Of a DNA stretch of 64,000 nucleotides, positions 50,701 through 60,700 are shown one piece after another. Origin of the DNA: a virus; IMG/VR virus record IMGVR_UViG_3300045988_061855. One strand, written 5' to 3'. The notes under the pieces were generated by a model that saw only the letters and a program-made list of their open reading frames with translations, was not told the DNA's origin and made no database searches. Each line of letters starts with the position of its first letter. Position 1 is the stretch's first letter. Both the position numbers and the translations under genes were made by a program.

Positions 50701-53700
50701 GATGCTTTTAATAGTATCTATGAGTTTACTTGTATCTGACAATAATAGTAAGAGTATACAGCAGGCTGGAAAAGCTATGAAGAAGATTGCTACAGCAATG
50801 CTTCTTATGGTAGCTGGCATAGCTATTCTTGGAAATATGAAACCAGAGAAGTATGCTCAGGGCCTTGATGGGTTTAATACTATCACGGCAGCTTTACTTG
50901 CAACCATAATCGGTTTAGTAGCATTAACTTATATAGCAACAGACAAAGACATATCTCAGGTTGGAAACTTAATGCTTAAGATAAGTGCCTCTATGTTATT
51001 AATGGCTGTTATGCTCAAAATGCTTAAGTCCATTGAACCAGCAGAAATGATAAAAGGAGCATTAATAGTTGGAGCTGCAATTGGTCTTGTCGTGGTGTTA
51101 GTTGCTTTATCACATCTTGGAAAGAAAAATGGGAAAGACATATCTCAGGTTGGAAACCTGATGCTAAAGATAAGTGCCTCTATGTTATTAATGGCTGTTA
51201 TGCTCAAGGTACTTAAATCGGTAGATTATGCTGAAATTGGAAAAGGTGCATTAATCTTGGCTGGAGTTGCAGTATTAATTGCTGGATTGGTCGCATTAAC
51301 TCATAAAGCATCTGATAAACAGATAAAAGGAATCGGTAAAATGCTATTGGCTGTATCGCTGTGCTTTGCAGTTATGGCTGGTGTGTGTTTAGTTCTTGGG
51401 TTATTGCCGGTTGACAAAATAGTTCAGGGATTAGCGGCTGTAGCAGCATTCACAATATTAATAGAGGGATTAATAGCTGTGGCAGCGATTGCTGGTAAAG
51501 TAGATGAGAATGCATCTAAAACTTTAATGAGTGCTGCAATTGCGATAGGTGTTATGGCTGCCGCAGTGGCAATATTATCTATACTCAAACCGGAGAAGAT
51601 AATAGTGGCTACAGCATGTATGAGCGTACTAGTCGGATTATTTGCATTGGTTGAGTTCTGTGCTTCAAAAGTACAAGGAGCAATGGGGTCTTTGATTGCT
51701 ATGGCAGTTGTTATAGGGCTTCTTGGTGGATTACTCATTGCTATATCATGTTTGCCGGTAGAGAAAACTATGGTCGCGACAGCAGAATTAGCGATATTAA
51801 TGGCAGTTATGGCTGGAGTGATGTTCTTAGTAAGTAAAGTCCCAGTCAGTGCGGCTATAACTGGCGCTGCTGGATTAGCTGCATTCATAGGAATATTTGC
51901 AGCCACATTAGCAATTCTCGGCGGTCTTAGTAAGATACCAGGAGTATCAGATATAGTTAATTCCGGAGGAGAGTTCTTAGCAAATATTGGATATGCTCTT
52001 GGAAATTTCATTGGTAGTATTATTGGCGGATTCGGCGCAGGTGTTTCTTCAGGACTACCTGAAATTGGAACTAACCTTGCATTATTTATGGAAAATGCTC
52101 AGCCATTTTTCGATGGTATTACCGGTATAGATGCTGTGTCAATGATAGCGAATATTGGTTCATTAACAGCTGCTATATTATTACTAACAGCAGCTGATTT
52201 TATATCCGGCATGGCTACATTTATGAAAGGTAAGAATTCATTTTCTCAGTTAGGAAAAGAGCTTTCAGCATTTATAGTAAGTGCTCAGCCATTTATAGAT
52301 GGTGCTAAATCGCTCACTGGTGAGATGATGGAGGGTGTTAAGGCGTTATCAGAAACATTACTGATGCTTACTGCCGCTGATTTAATAGATGGAATAAGCT
52401 CTTGGTTGACTGGAGGAACATCATTATCAGATTTTGCCGAACAGTTAAAGCCTTTTGGTGAAGCAATGGTAGAATTTTCTGATGTGGTTGCTGGAAAGAT
52501 TGATATTGATGCAGTTAATTCCGCAGCAAACGCTGGAAAGATAATGGCTGAGATGGAGAAGAGTGTCACTAAAACAGGTGGCGTAGTGCAGTGGTTTACC
52601 GGTGAGCATGATATGGGTAAATTCTCAACACAATTAGTTCAGTTTGGTAGAGCAATAGTTCGTTTCTCCGACACTGTATCGGTTGGAGTGAATGAAGAAG
52701 CCATAACAGCCGCTGCAAATGCCGGAAAGATTATGGCTGAAATGCAGAAAGACATTACACCATCTGGGGGCGTTGTAGAATGGTTTACCGGTGAAAAAGA
52801 TATGGGTAAATTCTCAACACAGCTAACTCAGTTCGGAAATGCTATTGTTAATTTTTCTAGTAAAGTGGCTGGAAAGATAGATGAAGGAGCAGTAACAGCA
52901 GCCGCAAATGCCGGTGCAATAATTGCAGATATGCAAAAGAATATAGCCCCATCAGGTGGTGTAGTGCAGTGGTTTACAGGCGATAAAGACATGAGTGCAT
53001 TCTCTAAACAGTTAGTTCAGTTTGGTGAAGCAATCGTTAAATATTCCGATAAGGTCACAAATGTTGATGCTACAGGTGTCGAAAAGTCTCTAACATTTTC
53101 AAGAGCATTGCTCGGTGTAATAAACAGTTCATTATCAATAAATGAAAATGGGATAACTAAGTTTGGTAAAACAGCAGATATTGGTACGACAATTCAGGCA
53201 TATGCTGAGAAGATAGCGTCTGTAAACTTAACATCGGTAACCACATCAATCAGTGCTGCAAAACAATTACGAGACTTTGTACAGAGTTTAAATAACTTTG
53301 ATATATCTGGAATAGCAACCTTCGATGAGGCTGTTAAAGAATTTTCAAAAGTTAATATGAGTTCGATAAAGAATGTACTTGATGGATATTCTTCAGAATT
53401 CAATGCCCTTGGAAAGAAATTCTTAACTTCGTTGGTCGAAGGCTATTCATCAAAAGAAGAAAGCTTTTTAGCAGCGGTTGACTCAAGTTTACAAAGAGCC
53501 ATAGAAACAATTAATTCATACTATCAGAGCATTAATAGCAGCGGAGCATATCTGGTTAGTGGCTTTGTCTCTGGTATAAACGTCAATACGTTCAGAGTAG
53601 AAGCATCTGCTAGAATAATGGCTAAGGCAGCATATGATGCAGCTAAAAGAGAATTGGATATCAATTCGCCATCTAGGGTTATGGAAAAATTAGCTAGTTA

Positions 53701-54160
53701 TGTTCCTGCTGGATTTGCTAAGGGTATTAATAATAATCTTGGATTAGTTAATGTGTCATCTTCCGATATGGCTAATACGGTCATTGACGGTGTTAGCAAC
53801 GCCATATCCAAGATATCAGAACTTATAAATGGTGATATGAATATGCAACCAACTATAAGACCTGTCGTGGATTTGTCGGATGTTCAGACAGGTGTTGGAG
53901 CGATAGCAGCTATGATGCCTACAGGAGGTACTATAGGTATTTCTGGAGGCTTTAATACCGTTGCTACAATGATGAACCGCAATCGTCAAAATGGAAATAA
54001 TGACGAAGTTATTTCAGCCATTAACAAACTCGATAAGAGTTTAAATGGTCTTTCTAAACCAACATACAACGTTGGTGGAATAACATATGATGATGGAAGT
54101 GCAGTATCCGATGCTGTACAGGAATTAATAAGAGCAGCTAGAATAGATAGGAGGTCATGA
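47753..54160 (+). CDS. tape measure protein (2135 aa)
   Basis: It is the largest ORF and sits after the chaperones. It has a helical N-terminus, a long multi-TM central region and tandem 63-aa repeats. Confidence 0.85.
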   Translation: MSSKEVDERVVEMRFDNAQFEKNVQTSMSTLDKLKAKLNFNGVSKGLEDVGNATKKLEFSGVTSGIEAVQAKLSAMEVIGVTALANITNSAVNAGKRIASAITIDPVRDGFNEYETQMNAVQTILANTQKEGTNVKQVNAALDQLNTYADKTIYNFTEMTRNIGTFTAAGVKLDTSVSAIQGIANLAAVSGSTSQQASTAMYQLSQALASGTVKLMDWNSVVNAGMGGQVFQDALIRTSEKLGTGAKAYIDAAGSFRESLSKGWLTTDVLTETLDMFSTAADTEEEYAAAIQKFVNEGYSEEQAVDMANMAKTAGEAATKVKTFTQLIDTLKEALGSGWTTTWRLIIGDFEEAKELWTNVSDVLSKLINNASEARNKLVEGVMSFNPFTNMLNKLENSDIGKTVKQINNLTNSLEYYQKAVTDVWKGDYKNSDTGRYELLDEAGYNHQVIQDLVNKGYEYELTVEDVQEAEAKFADSLGDSTEEIQNESKQLAKLSDEQLSHAGLTDDEISMYRDLEKQSEKTGKSIEELINDMSAKDGRTLLWDGFGNIGETLIITFTAIKDAFSEIFPAPSVAKIYGVIDGFNALTEKMKEFSSTHAYDVEQTFKGLFAVIDIVRMVLSSGLTVAFKALKGILSAFDIDIIEFTGYIGEALVNLRNWLKNNDYIEKSFKKVGEGLKVVIDGIKKLIDLLKKSPRIQKFVDIIKDIDLKEAGGFVVEGLKKGLSSGLTIIPDMLKDIGLKLLSAFEKVLRIASPSKEMEADGEFVVAGLVKGIENTASTVWDAIKDIGTKIITKFKEIKVGEALTKVISVGAGVGMLAITKNLVDTFKNITAPMASVGEFIETLDKSVKKTAKAIGKNLKASAFEKKTEGVRNLALALLALSAAVFIMSKIDTKKLWSTVGAIGVLAVILVGLAVAISKLTDSAVELDSNSKTLKLSGLKTTLISIGVALALMAATVKIMGSLNPDAYMQGLLGLVTLMGVMMLLIVSMSLLVSDNNSKSIQQAGKAMKKIATAMLLMVAGIAILGNMKPEKYAQGLDGFNTITAALLATIIGLVALTYIATDKDISQVGNLMLKISASMLLMAVMLKMLKSIEPAEMIKGALIVGAAIGLVVVLVALSHLGKKNGKDISQVGNLMLKISASMLLMAVMLKVLKSVDYAEIGKGALILAGVAVLIAGLVALTHKASDKQIKGIGKMLLAVSLCFAVMAGVCLVLGLLPVDKIVQGLAAVAAFTILIEGLIAVAAIAGKVDENASKTLMSAAIAIGVMAAAVAILSILKPEKIIVATACMSVLVGLFALVEFCASKVQGAMGSLIAMAVVIGLLGGLLIAISCLPVEKTMVATAELAILMAVMAGVMFLVSKVPVSAAITGAAGLAAFIGIFAATLAILGGLSKIPGVSDIVNSGGEFLANIGYALGNFIGSIIGGFGAGVSSGLPEIGTNLALFMENAQPFFDGITGIDAVSMIANIGSLTAAILLLTAADFISGMATFMKGKNSFSQLGKELSAFIVSAQPFIDGAKSLTGEMMEGVKALSETLLMLTAADLIDGISSWLTGGTSLSDFAEQLKPFGEAMVEFSDVVAGKIDIDAVNSAANAGKIMAEMEKSVTKTGGVVQWFTGEHDMGKFSTQLVQFGRAIVRFSDTVSVGVNEEAITAAANAGKIMAEMQKDITPSGGVVEWFTGEKDMGKFSTQLTQFGNAIVNFSSKVAGKIDEGAVTAAANAGAIIADMQKNIAPSGGVVQWFTGDKDMSAFSKQLVQFGEAIVKYSDKVTNVDATGVEKSLTFSRALLGVINSSLSINENGITKFGKTADIGTTIQAYAEKIASVNLTSVTTSISAAKQLRDFVQSLNNFDISGIATFDEAVKEFSKVNMSSIKNVLDGYSSEFNALGKKFLTSLVEGYSSKEESFLAAVDSSLQRAIETINSYYQSINSSGAYLVSGFVSGINVNTFRVEASARIMAKAAYDAAKRELDINSPSRVMEKLASYVPAGFAKGINNNLGLVNVSSSDMANTVIDGVSNAISKISELINGDMNMQPTIRPVVDLSDVQTGVGAIAAMMPTGGTIGISGGFNTVATMMNRNRQNGNNDEVISAINKLDKSLNGLSKPTYNVGGITYDDGSAVSDAVQELIRAARIDRRS
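50948..51325 (+). repeat. tandem 189-nt repeat (2 copies) within the tape measure gene
   Basis: gacatatctcaggttggaaac...gtgcctctatgttattaatggctgttatgctcaa occurs at 50948 and 51137. Confidence 0.75.
52520..53090 (+). repeat. tandem 189-nt repeat (3 copies) within the tape measure gene
   Basis: AANAGKIMAEM.K...GGVV.WFTG..DMGKFS.QL.QFG.AIV.FS units begin near 52523, 52712 and 52901. Confidence 0.75.
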
Positions 54161-54161
54161 T

Positions 54162-56687
54162 ATGGCTAGTGTATCAGGTTTGACTATAAAACGACAGACT
54201 GGCAGTAGCACATATTATGCTACATGGGATTTTGACAGTTCCATATCACAGTCTACTGGTGGTGGAGTCAATGAAGGTGACTGGGTCACAATTAATGATG
54301 GCGCAACTTGGTATAATGGAGTAGAAATAGCTGATTGGTGTTTTAGCGAGACATGGATGGTTATTCAAGTATCTGGAGACAGAGCCGTACTTGGTGAAAA
54401 TCAGGGTGGAGGCCATGACATACAAAGCCCGATTAATGTTAACGATTTGAGTGGTGGAAGTGGTGAATCTACTGAAACTATAACTGACACATTAGAGAAT
54501 TATGATGTGCAATGGTATTATGATACTGGAGACGACATATGGTTTGAAGGCACATCTGATTCGCCAACATCCACTCATTCGGTATACTCGTCACCACCTA
54601 GCAATGCACTTAGAATCAAAGTCAAGGTTACCCCAGTATCAAAGACTTATACAGTTAACGATAATGAGACATCCTATTGGGCAGGTGAGGCAAATGAAGA
54701 AGAGTTTTCATTGGCTGGGGACCCTCCTGAAACTCCAACGACGCCTACAACTGAAATTGAAAAATTAAAGTTAACAGCGTCTATAGAAAACATATCAGAT
54801 CCAAGAACGGACCAGATAGAATTCGAAGTATACAACGATTTAGTTAAAGTTAATAGCACAATCGTTGATGTAAAGTTATGTATGGCTTCTATGTCTACAA
54901 ATGTCATAGCTGGCGGAAAATACCGAGTTAGATGTAGAGCCATCAATCTTTATTACTCATCTAAGATATATGGAGAGTATTCAGAATTTACAAGTGAGCT
55001 ATTAACTATACCTGCGCCAGTTACTAATGTCGTTGCTTCGGCTGATAGTAAAACATCAGTTGTATTAGATTTTGACAAATCTTCCACAGCGACGGGGTAT
55101 AAAATTGAATATGTTACGAACCGTGATTACTTTGATACGTCATCGCAAACCAGTTCGTTATCGGTAACGACTAACAGAGCGCATGTTATAGGACTTGACA
55201 CTGGTAAAGAATGGTTTTTCAGAGTTGCTGCTACGAATAGTAAAGGAGATTCAGAGTGGAGTGATATTGTTTCATTAACAATAGGCTCTGCTCCAGCAGC
55301 TCCTACAACATGGTCATCTACAGCTACAGCTATCGTAGGTGAACCATTGAATTTATATTGGGTACACAATGCAAAAGATAATTCAAGTCAAACATTTGCT
55401 CAGGTAGAGATTGATGTTAATGGAACTGTTAAAACTTATACTCAAAAGAATAGTACAGATGAGGAAGAAAAAGATAAAACAAGTTCTTTCTCTATAAATA
55501 CTTCTCAGTATACAGAAGGAACGGTATTAAAATGGCGAGTTAAGACGGCTGGAGCAACAAATGAATATGGCCCATGGTCAGTACAGAGGCAGGTAAATAT
55601 TTATGCTCAACCTACATTAGAACTTGGACTCACTAACGCATCAGGTGTTTCCGTGGAAACAATATCAGCATTTCCGTTTTATATTTCAGCAGTTACAGGA
55701 CCGAAAACTCAGTCACCAATAGGCTATCATCTCACTATAACAGCCGAAGAATCTTATACAACAGTTGATGCTGTCGGAGAAGATAAGATTGTCAATTCTG
55801 GAGATGATGTATATTCACAGTACTTCGATATATTTACAAGTTTGAAAGCTGAGATATCCGCGTATAACATAGCTATAAAAAACGGTATGCATTACACCAT
55901 TACATGTGTTGCATCAATGAATTCAGGTTTGTCTGTACAAAAAACATTATCATTTAATGTTGCATGGGATGCTATAAAGTACAAACCTAATATCTCAATA
56001 AGTGTGAATAAGAAAAATTTTACAGCTTATCTAAGACCTTATTGCCTTGACATGAATAATAAAGAAACAGATAAGGTCATAATATCAGTATTTCGTCGTG
56101 AATTCGATGGTTCATTCACTGAAATAATCTCAAACATTGAAAATAACAAAAACACATATATTACTGACCCTCATCCAGGTCTGGATTATGCAAGATATAG
56201 GATTGTAGCAACAGAAAAATCTACGGGAACTATTAGTTACTATGATGCTCCTGGCTATCCAATAGGATGCCGTTTTGCGGTGATTCAATGGGATGAAAAA
56301 TGGAGAAATCTTGAAAATGCTACAGTTGACGCACAGGAACAAACACCATGGACTGGTTCTTTGTTGTTACTAAAGTACAATCTTGATGTTAGTGACAGTA
56401 ATGCTCCTGATAAATCGTTAGTTGAGTATGCTGGTCGAAAGCACCCAGTATCTTACTACGGAACACAGTTAGGAAGTACATCAACATGGAGTGTAGAGAT
56501 ACCAAGGAATGATAAAGATACTTTATATGCAATAAGAAGACTCTCAACATGGATGGGAGATGTATATGTTAGAGAACCATCAGGAAGCGGATATTGGGCT
56601 AGTGTAACAGTAAGTTATGATATAAAGCATACTGAATTAACTATACCAGTATCATTAACAATTACAAGAGTAGAAGGAGAAAAGTAA
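54162..56687 (+). CDS. distal tail protein (Dit-like) with an extended FN3/Ig-like middle region
   Basis: 841 aa directly after the TMP. Called on position and beta-rich repeats; the C-terminal part is Sipho_tail-like. Confidence 0.5.
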   Translation: MASVSGLTIKRQTGSSTYYATWDFDSSISQSTGGGVNEGDWVTINDGATWYNGVEIADWCFSETWMVIQVSGDRAVLGENQGGGHDIQSPINVNDLSGGSGESTETITDTLENYDVQWYYDTGDDIWFEGTSDSPTSTHSVYSSPPSNALRIKVKVTPVSKTYTVNDNETSYWAGEANEEEFSLAGDPPETPTTPTTEIEKLKLTASIENISDPRTDQIEFEVYNDLVKVNSTIVDVKLCMASMSTNVIAGGKYRVRCRAINLYYSSKIYGEYSEFTSELLTIPAPVTNVVASADSKTSVVLDFDKSSTATGYKIEYVTNRDYFDTSSQTSSLSVTTNRAHVIGLDTGKEWFFRVAATNSKGDSEWSDIVSLTIGSAPAAPTTWSSTATAIVGEPLNLYWVHNAKDNSSQTFAQVEIDVNGTVKTYTQKNSTDEEEKDKTSSFSINTSQYTEGTVLKWRVKTAGATNEYGPWSVQRQVNIYAQPTLELGLTNASGVSVETISAFPFYISAVTGPKTQSPIGYHLTITAEESYTTVDAVGEDKIVNSGDDVYSQYFDIFTSLKAEISAYNIAIKNGMHYTITCVASMNSGLSVQKTLSFNVAWDAIKYKPNISISVNKKNFTAYLRPYCLDMNNKETDKVIISVFRREFDGSFTEIISNIENNKNTYITDPHPGLDYARYRIVATEKSTGTISYYDAPGYPIGCRFAVIQWDEKWRNLENATVDAQEQTPWTGSLLLLKYNLDVSDSNAPDKSLVEYAGRKHPVSYYGTQLGSTSTWSVEIPRNDKDTLYAIRRLSTWMGDVYVREPSGSGYWASVTVSYDIKHTELTIPVSLTITRVEGEK

Positions 56688-57748
56688 TGATTGATTGGCA
56701 TGAGTCGATGGAACAGACCTTTGAGTATTACGTTGTCGATCCAGGGACTTGGAAAGACAAACAGAAACTTGATACGGTCAAACCTGGTTCAACAATTAAG
56801 CGTGATTCAAAGTCTGATACGTTGGGTTCAGCATCAATTAAAATTACGGGTCTGGTAGGAGAGTGTTATATAAGGGCATATCTTATAGCAATTCAAAATG
56901 GAGTTACTTATAAAGAGCCTTTAGGAACATTTCTTGTCCAGACCCCTTCTTCTTCGTTTGATGGAAAGGTAAAAAGTGTCACATTAGACGCTTATACGCC
57001 TTTAATAGAGCTGAATGAAAACCCTCCAGCTCTTGGATATTTCACACCAAAGAAATCAAATACTATGGATGAAGTATACAGACTGGCTAGGGATAATTGT
57101 AGGGCTCCAGTGGTGCCGTCAAAGTCTGATAAAGTGTTATATTCAGATTTTGTTGCAAACACCAGTGATACTTGGCTTACATATTGTAAAGATTTGGCCG
57201 CAAATGCTGATTATGAACTTGGATTGGATGAGATGGGGAGAATTATATTTCCTCCAACCCAAGAATTAGAGTCATTGCAGCCAGTGACAACATATAATGA
57301 TGATAATAGTTCGATATTGTTACCAAGTATAACAATGGAGCACGATATATATGGAATACCTAATGTTGTTGAAATAGTGTATTCAAACAATAATGATTAC
57401 TATTATTCACGAGTAGTAAATGATGATGTAAATAGCCCTACTTCTACGGTTAATAGAGGAAGAGAAATTATACATAGAGTTACTGATTTGAACTTAGCAG
57501 GTATCCCAACAAATGCACAAGTTGATGAATATGCCGAGAAGCTTTTAAAGTCACTATCTACAGTAGAATATACAATTACATATACGCATGGTTATTGCCA
57601 GACTCGTTTAGGCGATTGTGTAAGACTGAATTACAAAGCTGCTGGATTGACTGATGTAAAAGCAAAAGTTATATCGCAATCAATAACTTGTGAATCTGGT
57701 TGTCCTGTTGAAGAGACTGCCAAATATACTAAAAACTTATGGAGGTGA
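56687..57748 (+). CDS. tail hub / Tal-like protein (ReqiPepy6 gp37-like)
   Basis: 353 aa with ATGA overlap. Called on position and the N-terminal pattern FEYYVVDPGTW.... Confidence 0.5.
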   Translation: MIDWHESMEQTFEYYVVDPGTWKDKQKLDTVKPGSTIKRDSKSDTLGSASIKITGLVGECYIRAYLIAIQNGVTYKEPLGTFLVQTPSSSFDGKVKSVTLDAYTPLIELNENPPALGYFTPKKSNTMDEVYRLARDNCRAPVVPSKSDKVLYSDFVANTSDTWLTYCKDLAANADYELGLDEMGRIIFPPTQELESLQPVTTYNDDNSSILLPSITMEHDIYGIPNVVEIVYSNNNDYYYSRVVNDDVNSPTSTVNRGREIIHRVTDLNLAGIPTNAQVDEYAEKLLKSLSTVEYTITYTHGYCQTRLGDCVRLNYKAAGLTDVKAKVISQSITCESGCPVEETAKYTKNLWR

Positions 57749-57756
57749 GCGTTGTA

Positions 57757-60700
57757 ATGCCATTAAGCGAAAATCTTAAAGACCAATTTGCCAAAATGGT
57801 TAATACCGACAATCCCAAGGAGAACATAGGCAATGCTGTGTACGGTACTGTTAAAGTTTATTCAGATGGTACAAAGGCAGTAGTGTTGGATGGTTCAAAT
57901 ATTGCAACTCCGTTTGAAACCGTTACCGATGCAGAAGATGGCGATAGAGTAACAGTGACAATCAGGAATCACAAAGCAGTTGTTACTGGTAATCTTAGTT
58001 CACCAGCTGCTAGAACTGATGCTGTTAAAACCAACAGTGAGAAGATTGGAGAATTCAACACCGTACTCTCTAATAAAGTTGATACCGATGAACTTGATGC
58101 TCAGGTAGGCAGAATCAATACCCTTGAATCAGATAACGCTACAATTAAGCATAAATTAGCTGCATCTGAAGGCGAATTTAAGGAAATAAAAACCAAACAG
58201 CTTGAAGTTGAGGAAAAAGTCACAGCAGCTGAAGCAGAAATTAAAACAATAAAGAGCGATAAAATCGATGCTACGGTTGTCGAGTCGGAGTATACAAAGA
58301 CTAAAGTTTTTGATGCGTTAGCCGGTACTGTTGGTACATTAAACGGTGACTTTTCGAACTTCAAGAATACGACAACAGAAAAACTTGATGCTCATAAAGC
58401 TGACATAGACGAACTGAATACCAAGAAACTTAATTCTGAAGATGCAGATTTGAAATATGCCAATATTGATTTCACTAATATTGGTACGGCTGCAATGGCG
58501 TATTTTTATGCACAGTCAGGTCTTATTAAGAATGTAGTAGTTGGTGACCAGACAATCACTGGAGAGTTAATCGGTGTCACAATCAAAGGTGATTTAATTG
58601 AAGGTAATACAGTTGTCGCAGATAAGCTTGTTATAAAAGGTGAGGATGGACTGTATTACAAGTTAAATACTGATGGTATTACCGCCGAGGCTGAACAGAC
58701 TGATTACAACAGTATCAATGGACAAGTAATCAGAGCCAAATCAGTAACAGCATCTAAAATAGACGTTAAAGATTTGGTGGCTTTTGATGCAACCATTGCC
58801 GGATTCAAAATAGATGACAACGCCATACATTCTATAGGAAAAGAATCAGCGACTAGTGGAGTTCGTGGTATATATCTTGGAAAAGACGGTCAAATGGCTG
58901 TCGGTGACAGTAATCATTATATTAAATATTATAAGGATACGGATGGTAGCTTCAAACTCGCAATATCTGCCGAGAGTATGGAGTTTAGTTCGGGAACCAG
59001 TGTTAAAGACGCAATTGATGATGTTAATAATAAAGTTAATAATATTAAGTCGATTAAAAACACGACCGTAACTTATCAGGTAGGGGATAGCAATACAAAA
59101 GCTCCTACTGGCACCTGGAGTCCAAACATTCCATCAGTGACTGTTGGAAAATATTTATGGACAAGAACAGTGTTCACATATTCAGATAATACGATAAGCA
59201 CATCATATGGTATAAGCTCTATGGGTGCTAAAGGTGACCAAGGTATACCTGGTACGAATGGTCAAAATGGAAAAAGTATAGGTTCAGTTATTAATTATTA
59301 TCTGGCTACAAATGCTAATACAGGAGTTACGGCTAGTACATCAGGTTGGACAACCACTGTACAATCTGTATCTACCAGTAAAAAATATTTGTGGAATTAT
59401 GAGATTGTTAAGTATACTGACGGAACAATAGCAAGTACGACGGCACCTTGTGTAATTGGAAGTTATGGTGATACTGGAGAAGCTGGAAAGAATTTTAATT
59501 GGAATTTGATTAAATATAATTATATAGAAGCAATGGCAGCTGAAATTGATAAGAGTGAATATGTTAAGAGCGGAAAAGTAATATGTGAAGGCGATAATAT
59601 TAATTCCGGGTTTAAGATTGATTCTGCTGATTGTTACGAACCATCTACTAAATATATTCTTAGTGGATATATTACGGTAATCAGTAAGACATGTAATAAT
59701 TTGTATTTTTATAATGGCAAGAATCATGTATTTATTTCTTTATTAATAGATGGTAGAAATTATTCAACACCATTTGGTAATGAATTAATAGCCGCAAATT
59801 CAATATTAAACGATGGTAAATCACATTATTTCGAATTAAGATTTCAAACGGCTACTGATATACCAGACGATAGCAGTGTCTTGTATACATATATACAGCT
59901 TAATAAATCGAATGCTACAAATATTAGATATCAAATTACCGGATTAAAACTTGAAAAAGGAACAGAAGCTACTGATTGGTGTCCAGCTCAGGAAGACCTT
60001 AAGGGCGAAAAAGGCGATACTGGAGCTACAGGAAAAGGTGTTAAGTCTACCGCTATAACATACCAGGCAGCAGCAAACGGTACGACTGTTCCAACTGGTA
60101 CATGGGTAGCATCACCACCAACAACCACATCAGCATTACCTTATATGTGGACTCGAACTATTATTACATATACTGATAATACAATATCCACTTCATATAG
60201 TATTGGTTCTACTCCGGAAGGAATACAGGTTGGTGGAAGGAATTTGTTAACCGGTTCCGCAGGTTGGACTAAAGCCAATCCAGCAAAAAGTACAAATGCA
60301 GCAGATGGATATGCGTATATTGGTGGAAGAGTATATCTTGAAAATGGTAAGACATATACTTTGCAAGCTGTTAGTGATTCCGTATGGGCTACAGAACATG
60401 GCGATCGAACTGGTAAAGCAACAATATGGATTCATGGTTTATTAGGAGATGATTTTCACAGAGTTTTTTGTGGAGATGGTATAACATCGGGACGATATAC
60501 ATGGACATTTGTTCATACATCAGCTACTCAGAATTGTGAAATAAGAATCAACGGTTATAGTAAAATTACAAGTTTCTGGGACATTAAGATTGAATCGGGT
60601 AACAAAGCCACAGACTGGACACCAGCACCTGAAGATATCGATTACGCTATAAGTGATGTTAATTCCAAGATAACTAAAACAAAAGAAGAAATAACGCAGT

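Noticed and set aside
49843-50820. 325-aa minus-strand ORF, together with 51424..52011 and other minus-strand ORFs, inside the tape measure gene
   Set aside because: They are antisense to a long, clearly coding, repeat-containing + strand ORF. They have low-complexity Ala/Ile/Thr/Asn-rich translations, no RBS and no independent support. They are typical shadow ORFs.
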